DNA of 64,000 nucleotides from Marsupella aquatica. Taxonomy: Eukaryota; Plantae; Marchantiophyta. Where the stretch lies: NCBI GenBank assembly GCA_973895155.1, contig OZ316899.1, positions 14,511,934 through 14,575,933 on the forward strand. Direction: 5' to 3'. Positions 1 to 12,790 of the stretch are shown here, piece by piece (positions within the stretch are counted from its first letter, which is position 1; each line of letters starts with the position of its first letter). The notes under the pieces were generated by a model, which was not told the origin of the DNA, searched no databases, and saw only the letters and a list, made by a program, of their open reading frames with translations. The translations under genes and the position numbers were made by a program.

Positions 1-267
1 GCCGATCTCTGTTGAGTATAAAGAATTTAGGAATGGAACAAAAGTCAAACTTCTATTGAGAAGGAGCGATAGTCTGAGAGTTTCCATATTAAAACGATTG
101 ATCATAAATATTTTGAGTGATACATAGTAGTTGTGTAAGGAAAGAGACTCCTAAAGATCTCAAAATCCTTAATACCATCATAAGTTGATTTCCTTTATTC
201 CTTACGGGAACAAATTCGAGTTTCTAAGATACATTTTATACAAGTTTCATCTAAAACACTTACCACA
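1..267 (-). mobile_element. Probable end of another LTR, running out of the window
   Basis: AT-rich non-coding tract ending ...CACTTACCACA at 267, like the ...CATACCACA end of Gypsy C LTRs; composition becomes GC-richer after 267. Partner end and TSD not visible. Confidence 0.35.
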
Positions 268-703
268 TGCTCTCTGACCCTACTCAGGCCGGGACTCCCT
301 GTGCCTCACAGGTTCTCATACTGAGATAAAACAAGTCTCTCCCCCCCATAGCGGAAGGGGGAACCTAAATACTACTTGCGGAAAGGAACCAGGAGATACT
401 ACCTCCCGTGGGCAACGCGTAATTGACTAACTACCTTCTGACCTTTGACCGTCAGTGGCACGGGTCGCTGACCGGGGTGCCAACAATTGAGTCTACTGTC
501 AGTAGTACGCTCTAGTCCGTTGATGGACTCTATCCTACGTTGGATGATCCTAACTAACCCTATCCTAACCCTACCTACCGCGCTGCTAATGAGGGCCTAA
601 TGACAGCTATTCTGTCCTTCAATCAAATCCAAAAAATACCGCTGAACCCAACTGTATCGAGCGGTGCCTGACCGCTCCCTCCGCTAACCACCCCTTGCAC
701 GTG

Positions 704-1547
704 TTACGTTGTTGGTCTAGGGTTTGTCACCTTGTCAGAACAAGGCCTCGAGCCGCCTTGATCAAAGGTGGTTCCCGCCCCATCCCGCTGGCTTACGAGC
801 AGTGAAATACGGTCTTGCAAGGCCTTGTTATCTCGTACCACCTCCTTTGCCTCGTTTGCAACTTTGTCGGCCTCAGCCTGAAGCCGTGCCACCTCCTGAC
901 TAAGTTGGCCAATGGTGTTAGGGTGGGTCTGGTTCTGCGTCAGCAGTTTATCTTGCTCGGCGGAGACATTAGCCACCTGTTGGGCTGCCTGCAGGAATTG
1001 GTTGTTGAGGTCGGCCAAGTTTGTAACCCAAGCCGAGGACTCCAAGCATAGCTAAAGCACAATGTCCTCCAGTTTCTTGAGGTCAGCCTGAGTCATGAGC
1101 AACTCTTGGTTTAGTCCTTCCCGCTGTTCGATGGTGCGGACTAACTCAACACGGTGGGTGGTGGCTGCCTCTTCAAGCTGCTCTATTGCCATCTGGAGGC
1201 ATCCAATCTTGTTCCCCTTTTCCATGAGTTCTTCCTCCAAGCGGTTTATGATCCGGGGTGGTGCTCTAACATGAAGAAGGCCGGTTGGAAGTATTGTGAG
1301 ACCTGTTGCCCGATGTACGTCGCTAGTTCCCCCGAGAGGTTTTGGATAAATTTTTAGACCAGGTTGTGGGCTACGGTTCCAGGGACTACTTGGTAGTCCT
1401 CCATTCTTTTGGGCAGAGGTGCATCCTCGGTCGGCGCAACGACTTCCTCCGTGGTCCGCAATGGGGGAGGGATGGGTTCTTCAAGCGGCGGCGGAATAGG
1501 AGGTGGTTGCGTCGGGGGTAGCGGAGGCTTGACGATGGGGGGTGGTG
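704..1547 (-). pseudogene. 3' part of the long accessory ORF of element B (Pro-rich segment then coiled coil)
   Basis: Removing 1553-11157 plus one GGGGT joins ...AAPRATP (11158 side) in frame to PPPPIVKPPLPP; coiled-coil ORF pieces 1052-1240 and 704-1045 follow, separated by stops and a frameshift. Confidence 0.65.
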
Positions 1548-1899
1548 GGGGTTGTAGTATTGTACTAGAGACACAAATCATCATTTAAGCTCTAAAACTC
1601 GGTATTCGTTCCCATGGAAGAACATGTTGGGAATGGTTTACAATTCTTTAACACAAATGAATGACTAAGGTAACAAAACACAAAGATAAGCCTTTTACTT
1701 TGAATGCTCAGCAAGGCATAGATTTAAATGTCTGCTTGACATTGTAAATATAATTAACAAAATGAATGAAATTAACAAAATACAAGGAAATCTTGAGGTA
1801 TGATGAGAGAGTCTGGAAAACACCAAGGTAACTTCTCAACAACACTTAATTTGTAATGATTTAAGGTATTGAACTTGCAAGGACATTTCTGGAATGGAA

Positions 1900-3230
1900 C
1901 TCGCAAACCCCGAGTGGTATCATTGTTCCCTCGAGGGTCCCTTAACCCACTTTAGACCCCGTCCCAATAAATTAAAAACTGAAATCCTTCACAATATAGT
2001 TTTTGGACAAAAGTTTGGTTACAATAGGGCAAAAATTGAAACATTCATGTTGCAGCAAAAAATCATATGTACCACCTAAAACCACGTGTTGCAATTACAA
2101 GGAGACATGTGGTCCAACCTAAACATGACGCGTGTCGCATGAACATATGGCAATAAATTCCCTAACTTTCCTGGACACCTTCTGTGGAATATGTCCCATA
2201 TAAAAAATGCCTATTGTTCTTTAAAGCATCCCAACAATTAAAACGGACCCTTTTGTTCTTCCACCAAACTTTGGAAGTCTTCCGCTGAACCCAATTAAAT
2301 GGCCCTATACTTCATCGCACGTGATGTGGCACTTCCGTGGAAGTGACCCCCCCGAGCTTGTGATTGCCCCATTTGCACATCAGTCGATGCTCCTTTGCAG
2401 AGTTGTGTAGCTTCTAGGACAACAATAACATGTGTACTGGGATGGATAGAGGGAGCTCTTTGTCCAAGAGCTAGGGGCAAGCAATGGCATTGAAAGAAAT
2501 GTATCATGGGTTCCTGTAAGAATTGTGGTATCAACAAGTTGGATTGGTGTACATCTGAGTTAGTCCAATTGACAAGCAATGTATTGAGTGGGAGACATTT
2601 CAGTATTTGGAGTTAGACAAGAAAGCCCAGCAAAAGAGACAGAAGGAAAAAGGACCAGATGAGAGTGCTACAAAAAGGTCAAAACGGTTGAGAATGGTGT
2701 TTAAGAGAACTTCAATGGGTGAATTCAAGAGTCAGGTTTTAAATACAATGACAACATTCATTGTGCATAATTTCAAAGCACGTTACGGTGGCAATCAGAA
2801 CAATTCAAACTTTGTTTGAAAACTTTTTCTAGAGGAACTATAGTGTCATCTATTGATTTCTCTGAAAATTACACGTTCAAAATCCAAAATGAGATACGGA
2901 GTCAACTTTGGGATAATAGACAGGTCACTTTGTTGATTCATGTCACCTATAGACATAGAGAAGATTGTGTGGAATCTTTGGAGGTTGTTGTTGGAAGTAC
3001 GGTTTGGACGACATTGGATGAGGAGGGTGGTCGAGACATTGTTGCAGATTATCATTTTTATATCAATGATGACAATTGTCACGACACTCTCTTCGTCCAA
3101 CATTGCATGGATGCTCATAACCAGTGGATGAGGGAGGAAGGAATTCAGTTTGAGAAACATTGGGTCTGGTCAGATGGGGTTGCTTCACAGTTCAAGGCTT
3201 GCAGACCATTTTATTATGTATCGAGATACT
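1900..3230 (+). repeat. 1.33-kb inverted duplicate of 43656-44985 (P-like left end plus Sola2-like transposase fragment)
   Basis: ORFs 2607-2819 and 2816-3292 are near-identical to 44067-44279 and 43558-44070; flanked by a 20-bp direct repeat with 2 mismatches (1878-1897, 3232-3251). Confidence 0.92.
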
Positions 3231-4629
3231 CCAAGGACATTACTGGGATGGTTGTTAAGGTGCCGTCTACACATCTCAACCTTTCCTTCTGAGGTACTCA
3301 GTTAGGATTAACAACCAATCACTTCAATATCCAGTCGGTACTTGGAGTCACAAATCACAATCACCGTCATCGACAAACTAAATCATGGAAAATTGGTCAA
3401 TGACATTCTTTGCAGGTCGTGCACAAGTAATGTCAAATCCAATAACCACATGCATCAAGAACTTGAGTATGCATAGCCTTCACCATCATGGAATCTATCT
3501 CTATACATTCAATTTTTTTTGACATGAAACTATGTTTTACTACATTGCTCAGAATTCACAACATTCCAAGTTAAGGAAGGGGGAAGAAATCCTTTGTATG
3601 CATTCACTCTTGACAAAAGCCAGAGTTTCTCTCTACAAAGTGAAGCTTGCCATGTTGCAAATCTCCAACACAGGGCTAGATAATTTCCTCACACCAAAAG
3701 TGTCACAAAGTTTGCTACATATAAGTCAGCAAGAACCCAAAGGAAAAGAGACACCGAAGGTACATGGGTATGGCACGCGTGACAGTAAACAGGAAACAGG
3801 TTTACTGGTACCAGGAAATTTTTTCCTGTTACCAGCAAAAAGTTATTGTTACCAGGAAAAATAACCATGTCAAAATATTTTCTAAAAAGTTTCATTTTCC
3901 AAAAAAATCTAAGTTACAACATTTTTTGGCTAGCTTTGGGCGCTAGCAAAAAAAAAATTGAAAAAAAAAATTCCCCCAAAAAAATTTCAAAAAAAAAATT
4001 ACCACTCATTTTCCTTTTATCAGTGTCTGTTTTCTGTTACTGTTTGCTGTTTCCTGTTGTTTATAAATACCCCAAGGTACATGCCCCTTTCAGATCTCAA
4101 AGGTTCTTGAATGAGAATCAAAGGTAACAAAAATATGTTACAAGGGTGCCTAAGATACACTAAAATACTCCTGGAATGTGAAAAAAAAGTCACTAGTGAA
4201 AACTGACACAAAAGTATCGTTTCAGTTTTCACCGGGAAAGTAGAAACAGTGAGTTTGTCCTAATTTTAACTTCTACATTAAAAATCAGAATGAAGTGAAA
4301 CTTTGTCAAGTGATAGATCTACATTCATATTTCATAGTGGGAAAAATTTCAGACTTTTCGGAGGTGTCTAGGTGCCTCAAATAAATTGGAGATAAGTGTT
4401 GTGTGATAGAAATTGCACAACTCCGGAAAACTTTCTAAGTGTCAGGAGTGCCATTGCGCTTTTGCGCTTTGGAGTAATAGCGCCATTGCGCCTTTGCACA
4501 CTCACGCTTTTTACAAAACTAAAAATGCTGATAACTTCTAAACTACATAAGGGTTATCTACTGGTAAAGTTTCAGGCATTCCTGAATACTTCAACAATTT
4601 AACAACAAATCTAATCTAACTCCGAAAAT

Positions 4630-5933
4630 TCAATCTTGCTCCATTAGAGCTTCAGGGTCTGGTTGCTGTACTCGTCTGAAGATCTCTCTCTGAATGACTT
4701 CACGGATCGCATCCATATCATTGGAGTGATGTTGAATGAAAGGGAGTGATTTTCGCTGACACTTTATATTCAGCTCTGGAAGTAACCGCCTAGTAAACAT
4801 GGTGTTGATCTTGCTGGCTTGCATGTAAATACCAACCAGGTCATGGGAACAACAGGAAGCATGATAGTTATGTGGGAATTTTCAAATGAATGCTTCAGTA
4901 TCCCTAGCCAAATCGAGAAGTGGATGAATGGTAGAGGAAAGAGCACGCCATTTCCTAGTATAATCTTTGAGTCGCTGGGAAGTGATGTTGTTCCAAATCC
5001 TTTGTTTCTCAGTAACTGGAGTGATAAACTTTTGTTTGATGAAAGGATGTTCTGGAATGTTATGAGGATCAACTCGACTCTTCCTGTTGGTCTGCTTCAA
5101 AAAGAGATAATAAACTCAAGATGGTAGGCAGAAAGATTTCCAAAATAAGCTAAAGCTAAATCTCCATTCTCCAACACAATGTCACCAACCAGAATCATGG
5201 TAGCAAGGATGGGCCTGAAATATTCTGCCTCCGTCCAGATTTCATCCATCTCAGCTATCTCCAAGCGAGTGGTATCCCTCAAGTGTAGCTTCAAGATATA
5301 GAGGCATTCAATTCTCCTCTTAAGATAGTAATTCCAGTATTCTAAGATGGGAGGAGTTCTGAGATCTACTACTTTAAGAAATTCAGAAAACAGTTTGATA
5401 TTCTCTATGGTGGTCTTAGGATCTATATGGATGGTAGTGATAAGATTAACTTGGCAGGACTTATTCTTCCTAGGAGGTAGGGAATCAGGGTAGCCGACAG
5501 CCAGAGCTTTGTCTGTAGGTGTGATCGTAAGGATTGGGAAACTAGGAAAATGGTGATCAGGACAATCGGAAAGACTATAAGGTGGGAGAATGATCAGGAG
5601 AAGAGTGGGAGAATGATCAGGAGAAGAGTGGGAGAGGGGAGAACCAAACTTGGACGTGTGGTAGTGTACTGCAGCGTACACTTGAGTAGGTTCGCAGTTG
5701 AACATCTGGGCAAGCCTGACAACAAGATTCTCACAATACTCCAAGTGATGATCTCGACTTATAACAGCAGTGGCTCTCTGTAATACTTCCTCCATCACTT
5801 CAACTATGTGCTCTGGATTGCACTCTAACATAGAGGTAATCTTTGCAATTAATTCAGAATAATACTGAACCTCTTCTGAAGCATGCTGAGGGATCGGAGG
5901 TTGCTGTTGGAGTTGTTGATTAACATCAGCCAC
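4630..5933 (-). pseudogene. Downstream ORFs of element D (5097-5933; 4630-5100 with one in-frame stop), function unknown
   Basis: 278-aa ORF with two copies of a helical L..(I/M)(L/F).C.P motif also present in D's upstream ORF; overlaps it in another frame. Confidence 0.5.
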
Positions 5934-6771
5934 TGGTTAATGATCTTAGCAATCTCCACAATGTCAATGTCCATATCCTCACCACCAACCTGTTCTTCAA
6001 CTACATGAGAAGGTGGTTCCTGAAATAAACCTTGGATAACAGCTAGGGGTCCTTCGGTAGGTGAGTACATAGATGTAGGGTCCTGAGGTTCAGAGATAAG
6101 GACATCAGGAAAAACTTCTCTCTGTGGGACTCTCTTCAAGTCACGCACAAGAGTAACTACTTCTCCAGGGCCACAAGATAAAATCTCAGTCAAGGCTTCC
6201 ACAATACCTTGGTAATAGAAAATCTGTCTTGCTTCTTGATCAAGAGGATCTAATGGGGAGAGAGGAGCTTGGGGACTCTCAACACAATCTGTCAGCGGAG
6301 CAGCTGTAGGGGGAATAACTTCAGCGGGTTTGGAAAGGAGAGGTGAGCTTGGTGGTGCAATGGGATCCCTTTCCTCACTGGTAGGACCATGCTGCTGATC
6401 TATTGGGGAAGGTATTGGTGTCTCTTCCTCACCTTCACCTTCAGGTAGATCTCCTTCTTCCGGAATTTCAAAGGGAAGTTCATCAAGTAGCCTTCGGCGC
6501 TCAATTTTCTCCTCAAGCAGCAAGCAATCTCCCTAGAAGTAAAGCTGGCTGAGATAAGCAGGTAAGCAGTTTAGCTTTCCAGTTTTAACTTCCTTCACTT
6601 GTGAGAGCACTGTCCTTTGTAGCAGCAGAGCCCAATTTACTTCAGCAATCTTCTTCCAAGAAGTGTATAGAGTATTAGCTAAAGACACAGGAACCATCTG
6701 GGGTCGGTTCGGATACAGGATAGGAACGAGGAAATCAAGAATCAGTCGGAAGGTGTAGTCAATGCACTGAT

Positions 6772-9700
6772 TGTAGCAAGGTGATAAAGAGATAAATGAC
6801 TATTTACTCCTTAATAACTCGATTTCATTCCCGTTAGGAGTGGATAAGATCGAAAAGACTGAATTAACACAATTTGAGAAGTTTACACCAACATTCTTAG
6901 GTTGAAGAGATTTCTAATGATCTCCTTACCATAAGTGTTTAACCACAAACTCAAGTGGGTAATCCTTAGGATTCACAGTGTAATAATAAAAACTAGAATT
7001 AACAAAGATTGAAACTAGAGAGAGTAGGTAGGATGTTTCAAAGCGCAAGGAAATTGAATTTCGACCATCACCACTCCTTCAATAAGGATTATGGCCTAAT
7101 TTAAGATTCGGAAATCAACATTGTATATGCTTTTTGATTTCTCATAGCAACTCTTCTCCATCTCTTGAATTTAGAAGACAACAATGTAAATCAACCCGAG
7201 ACACTTTTCTGGTCTTGCTTAAGACGGTACTAGGATACTCGAATTGGTTTACTTCTCCTACTATCCTTAAGATTGCTTATTTGAGTTTCACGTAAATTCC
7301 AATTTCTCTTTGGTGAATCTTCTATATGAATTGGTCACAGACCTTGCTGATCTTCCAATATCATCATAGGCACACGCTAGTATTCATTGAATATTGCACA
7401 AAAACTCAAAGGGTTGCTAATCTTGAAACTTCTCTTTACTTAACCATGGTAAAAAGAAGGGAAGAAAAGGCATAGATTTCTCCAAAATCAGATGCATCTC
7501 TCTCTCCCAAGGTTGACTTTGGGTTCTCCTCCTTTTGTACTAAAAGTGGAGATTATGAAAAGACATGCCTCTTCAAAACCCAAGTCTAAATAAATATGTA
7601 AATAAAAGTGAACTATCCTAGACAAAAATGGAGTAGAGTCTCCAATGGATACACCAACAAAATATTGGAGTCTGCTTACTCATATACTAGTCTATATAGC
7701 TATTTCTAAGTCTAAACTAATGTGGCTCTAACTCTCTAAATATAACTCTATTCTGGTCCTAGCTTCTGGGAAGGAACCTCCTCAGGGTTAGCCATGGCAA
7801 GGGGTTCTGGTCAAAGGAAAACTCCCTGCTGGCCAGTGGTAAAAGGGATGGACGGGTCAATATCCATGTTCTCCTGATGGGCACTTGGGTCATGAGAATA
7901 AGTGTAAGAATGGGAGTGGAAGTGTGTACTGGGAGTGGGGAAACCAGGAGGGTTGAGGGGTGATGAGGGGCCAGTGGAATAGACTCCTTCATGAGGACTA
8001 GGAGAGAAAGATCTGGTAGTAAAGGCAGGAATCTCAGTATCAGCTAATAGCTCCTCTGTAGTCAAGTCACTCATCTCCCTTAAGGCTTCACAGGTCTTTG
8101 AGAGACCCGTAAGTGCATCATCTACTCTGGCACTCACATCTACCACTAAATGGTTAATCTTGGAGAAAAGGATGGGTGTGGTGTTCTTGGCCAAATACTC
8201 ATCATAAATTTGGGCCTTAAGAAGATCCAGAGAAGCTATCTTAGTCAAAGGCTCAATCAGATCCAAAGATTGAGTGATACTGAGTTGGAGAGTATGCTCA
8301 AGCTCATTCTTCTTCTTACTCCTTTCCAACTGTTGTTTGAGTTCAGATACCTTCTTCTTGAGGAACTCATTCTCCTTCTCCAACTTCCTCTTATCTGTGG
8401 CATCACTCATGGTGGAGATCTTTTCAAGAATCTGCCCTGGTTTCACTCCTAACTTCTGAGAAATGTCAGTGATGGCCTTCTCCATCACAGTGGTCTTCCT
8501 CTTCACCTTCTGGAATGTATCTGAGATGATCTGGAAATCAGCTAGGGTGTCTAGGGAGGCATGGTCGGGTGCATCCGGAAATTCAGCCGGGTCGACGGAG
8601 TCTGGGTCGAGGTTCCGGGCAGCAGACCGGGTCTTTTGAGGATTTGTCTCTGCTGGTTCCTCATCCTCACTGTCATCAGAGGTGGCCTGGGTGATATCTG
8701 GATCTGCCTCTCCATACTTTATGAAGTTGAACTTGGCCAATAGTAATTTCTTCTCCTCTCTGAACAAAACTCCTTCAAAGCTATATAGATGTACCAGGTA
8801 GCAGGAGAGGGGAGTAGGACTCTTATTGGACAGGTTCTGTACCAACTTCCTTATCAAATCAAAGATAAGCTTAGCCCAGTTGACTTTTCTTTCTCTCTTG
8901 TAAGCAGCAACAATGGTAGAGCCAACTCCAACAATAACTCTTCGTGGCTTCTCAGGATATAGCAGGGGTAGCAGGAAGCTGAAGACTCGTTTCAAATCAG
9001 GATCCAAACACTTAGAAACATTGAACCCGTCCTTACTGTTGATGGCTCCTTTGAAGTAAGGAAAGATTACATTGACAGCTCTCCCCACTGGACCTTCTCC
9101 TTCATCTTCCAATACAAAAGCTCCTGCAACCATCATCTGAGTCCATCGCTCAGGTCGGCCTCTAGAGGTATCCTTAAACTCAGCCGGACACTCCTTGGAT
9201 CAGATCTCTCTGATCATATCTTTGCTCTGATCACTCCAGGGTAGCTCCATCAGAGACTCATAGCCCATCATGAGCAAAGACTCCCTCAATTTGACCTTCT
9301 TAGCTTCACTGTCCGGAATAGCTAGCCTCAGAATTTTCATGGCAATGGGGACCTCCTTTCTCTTTGATCGTCTCACAAGGGCTTTAACCGGAGTAGGTGC
9401 AGGTGATGTTGAGGTTGAATGCCCCTTAGAAACGCGAGAAGTGGACATTCCGGCTGGATCCGCCCCTTGCTCCATAGGATTTCTGGAAGTAGCAAATTGA
9501 TTTTTGGTAAATGTTCTGCCTCCTCTACGGTGAGCTCTACAATGATGCGGCTTCAGAATGTTCAATCTCTTCGGTGTCGACCACTGGTAGAAATGTCCGG
9601 GTCGACCTGGCCGCAGCGTTTCTGATCAACTGACAAACTTTTCTGGAGAAGTGTATCAAGATTCCGTCAACCAAAATACAGGTGCATCTAACTTGGGGAA

Positions 9701-10343
9701 AAGCTAGACTCAATCGAGCTTGAAATGGTGATGTCCGGGTCGACCTGGCCTCCCTTCTCACAACCGATGTATCCACAATCAGGATCTTAAACTTCCTGCC
9801 TTCACTTCCAGCGGTGGAGTAGGCATTCCCCTCACAACGAATCAGTCAGTACCCTCATATCTAGGCTCTCATCATGCAATGCAAGATTGGTCCTATAATC
9901 CGGACCCAAGATCCTCTACCAAAAGGGTAGAGCCTCCTCACTCTACTGCTTAAATAGCCTAATGCGCTCGGGAGCTCCAAACCTACTAAGTTTGGCTTTG
10001 AGAGGTGTGAGAGGCCGGATCAACTCTCCTTCCTTATATCCGGATTCTACTTTGGTCGTGCCTGTGTTTGACTTATGGTTTTAAAAACTTTGGCAATGGA
10101 CAACTGTTGTTCAGTAGAGTCGCGGTATAAGCTTTTATATCTCATCACGGCTTATAGTAAAAAGTTCTGGGTCGATCCTCCTTCTCTAATATCAATCCGG
10201 GTTGACCTGTGATGGGCTTGAAAGTCTCATACCACTTCAAGTAGTCTTCAGGTCCCTCTTCAGCCTCATTTGAGATCTTAAACGTAAAAATTCTAAAATT
10301 TATGATTAGTTAACCCTTCTTTCATAAACATCCTTATCTCACA
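6772..10343 (-). mobile_element. Element E: 3.57-kb gene-bearing solo-LTR-like insertion
   Basis: Ends TGTAGCAAGG...CCTTATCTCACA; TSD CTGAT at 6767-6771 and 10344-10348; excision restores D's ORF; no internal LTR pair or pol. Confidence 0.85.
7811..9475 (-). pseudogene. Accessory ORF of element E (conserved N-terminal domain, acidic linker, coiled coil); one in-frame TGA at 9200-9202
   Basis: ORFs 9200-9565 and 7811-9136 share a frame; motifs LMELPW, RGRPERW, DGF...CLD, FLLPLLYP, VNWAK, YLVHLY align with C ORF 23540-26113. Start codon uncertain. Confidence 0.8.
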
Positions 10344-11157
10344 CTGATGCAGCTTCCAACCGTGTTTACTTTGTCGAACCCCTACAAAGATGGATTCATA
10401 AACTGACTCCCTTCCAGATACCAGATTAATCCCAGTCAAAGGACAAGGAAAAGCTCGGGAAAATAAATCGATGTCCCATCGTTCCGGTTTGGCCCTCATT
10501 GTATCCTCCATACCTTCAAGATGCAGGGAACAATGCTGAAATCCCTGCAAGTACGTAGGAGAAATAGTGTTCCAGGGCATAAGGAGTCGTTTAAGATGCA
10601 TCGCTTCCAATGCCTCGGCAAGTGCCATCAAATCCTGAGGAAGTGTTGGAAGTAGAGCTGATACTGCTCTTGGGAGGCCGTCGCCCACCACAAGGTCTTC
10701 ATCACTTCCTGTGGGCGAAGTCATGGTGAACTTGTCAAAAACACAAGGGCGTAGAAACTCCCAAACTCCAAAGCACAAGGGCTCCAAAGCGCCAAAGGTG
10801 CAAAGGTGCCAAAGCGTAAAAGCGCAAAAGTGCCTTAGCTCCACTCGGGAAAAAGAAAAGATCGCGGCGCTGGGGGTAGACGTCGCGAGGTCCCCACTAT
10901 AAGGGGTTTGGGGCTGCGTAGTTCTCTTCTTTGGTGCGCAGGGAGGATTAGGTCAATCCTCTTGGTTGATCTTGAGGTGTTGATCTTCTCTTCGAACTAA
11001 CAGGTAGTCTCTAATCTATAGTTTAAGTGGAGTTTTAACTCCTAATAACTTCTAAGTTCCTATAACACTACACAGAGTAGTTATAAAGTCTTTGTTAGTT
11101 ACAAAAATTTAAAATTTTACTGTTTTTTATGATTCCTACTTAACCTACTATATTACA

Positions 11158-12790
11158 GGGGTGTAGCCCGTGGTGCTGCGGGTTCAAGGTTTACCCGAGA
11201 TGTGGTAGTCTGGTCGCTCGGTGCAGTATCTCCATGAGTGGGGGCGATGCTAGTTGGGGCCGAGGTGGCCATATTCTTCCCTCTAGCCTCCCGCCGTGCC
11301 TTGTACCAACCTAGGATGATGGCGATGTGACTCCCTAGATAGGTCTTTCCCTCGATAGGCATTCTTGTTTGAGCCTGCTTAAGCTCCCCCAAGAACCAAC
11401 GACTGAAGAATTGGGCCCAGTTTTGCCGCTTGTACTATTCCACCTGTACAATTGTACAGAGGGAAATCTCAGACCGCGGTTCAATCATGTGTAGGGTAGT
11501 CCATATGAAGTTTAGCCACTCCATACAGACCAAGTTGGTACATGACCCTTGCTTATACCCGTTGTTCATCCTGCCCTTGGGTTTGAAATGCCGGGGTGTA
11601 TACTTCTTATCCTAGATCCAAAGTTCAACCGACATGGGCCCGGTTGGCAGACAAAAGATTTGCGCCAATTGATACTCCGTGAGTGATAGAGTATGCCCCG
11701 ATACCTTGGTGGCAGGCGCATCAATGTCAAAATTGGAGATGAACTTGTAGACCTCCCTTGCCCCGGCAGCGTTAGGCCTCCATAGTAAATGAGCAAACTG
11801 CTCCAACTTATGCTCCTTAAGGTAGTCCGCGTGGTCCAATTTCTTGATTGCAGACGAGACTACCTTGGGGACGTGGATTACCTACAGCAGGTTTGGCTGC
11901 TGGTGATCGGCGGCCCATCGGGACTGGTTATTGGATGGCTGGTTGGCCAGGGCAAAAGCGGGTAAGGGGGCGGTGTTATTCCGCGTAGTTGGCTTTGGGC
12001 CCGGCGTATTCCTAGCGCGCTTACGAGAGCTTTGCTCTAGTTGCAAACTAACACCTCCCTTGGAACCTGAGGAACACTCGGTGTTGTTCATCGGACGGAC
12101 TTGGGCCTGGTTTGGGGGTATGCTAGTAGCCGGAGTAATAGGCCAAGTGGCTAGGGGCGCCGATGGGGTAGCCATATCCTAGTTGAAGGCATTGGAGCTC
12201 TCATTGAGAAACATGAGATTACGCACCGCTTTCCATTGTCTACTGATGTCCTCTTTGCCCCTCTCGGCCGCAATCTGTTGCTTGATGTAACTTGGGATTT
12301 TGTTGAACTCCGCCTGAGTTAGCTTCTGACTACCCTTTAGCCTAAAGAACTTTGTAGGGACCTCAAGAATTGCTTCCGCTATCAATCTGAATCCCTCCTC
12401 GCTATTGTATAGCTTGGTAATGTAGTCCCGTAGCTCATTGTAGCTAGAATCCCTAGTAAGCGTTGCCTTCTCGCAGTTAATCTGTGCTACCTTGGCCACC
12501 AATTTTGTGTATCTTTGTTTGTAGGAGGCTTTCTTGGGGCAAGAATACCAATCAGTCTTTGAGAGCTTAGCGCCTACCTTGCCCAACAAGGTCCAAAATC
12601 CAAGAGCTGTAAGGGTCATACTAACTTTTGCAGTCCGCTCATTGAGTCTGCTTCCCCGGCCTCCTTACTCTTGGAGTCGATGGTCCCTGATTGCTTGTGA
12701 AGACCTTCCCCGCTCCAACTAAATCTTGTCACAATACGCGCTTAACCCTTGATATTCTTTGAAAGTGAGCTCGATCAAGGCAAAATGCGA
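11158..12790 (-). pseudogene. 5' part of the long accessory ORF of element B, with a plant-mobile-domain-like segment
   Basis: ORFs 12179-12619, 11882-12175, 11612-11839 and 11153-11392 are one frame broken by TAG codons; LSLTEYQLAQIFCLPTG, NGY...C, NWAQFF, TYLGSHI. 5' limit approximate. Confidence 0.6.

Larger units (their letters stand above)
5849..10724 (-). pseudogene. Accessory ORF of element D, split by element E (10344-10724 plus 5849-6766)
   Basis: ...KHGWKLHQ|CIDYTFRLILDFLVPILYP reads in frame once E and one CTGAT are removed; one in-frame TAG at 6533-6535; motifs LLMPW, RAKPERW, FLVPILYP, VNWA, YLSQLY shared with the C and E ORFs. Confidence 0.8.
1553..11157 (-). mobile_element. 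Element D: gene-bearing solo-LTR-like insertion, about 4.7 kb after removing nested DNA
   Basis: Ends TGTAGTAT...ATATTACA (7/8 inverted match); TSD GGGGT at 1548-1552 and 11158-11162; excision restores B's ORF; no second LTR, PBS, gag or pol seen. Confidence 0.8.

Noticed and set aside
12727-12736. TGTCACAATA matching 37600-37609 as a boundary or TSD of element B
   Set aside because: Lies in the 5' region of B's ORF, is not followed by TG, and A's RT does not resume there; treated as coincidence.
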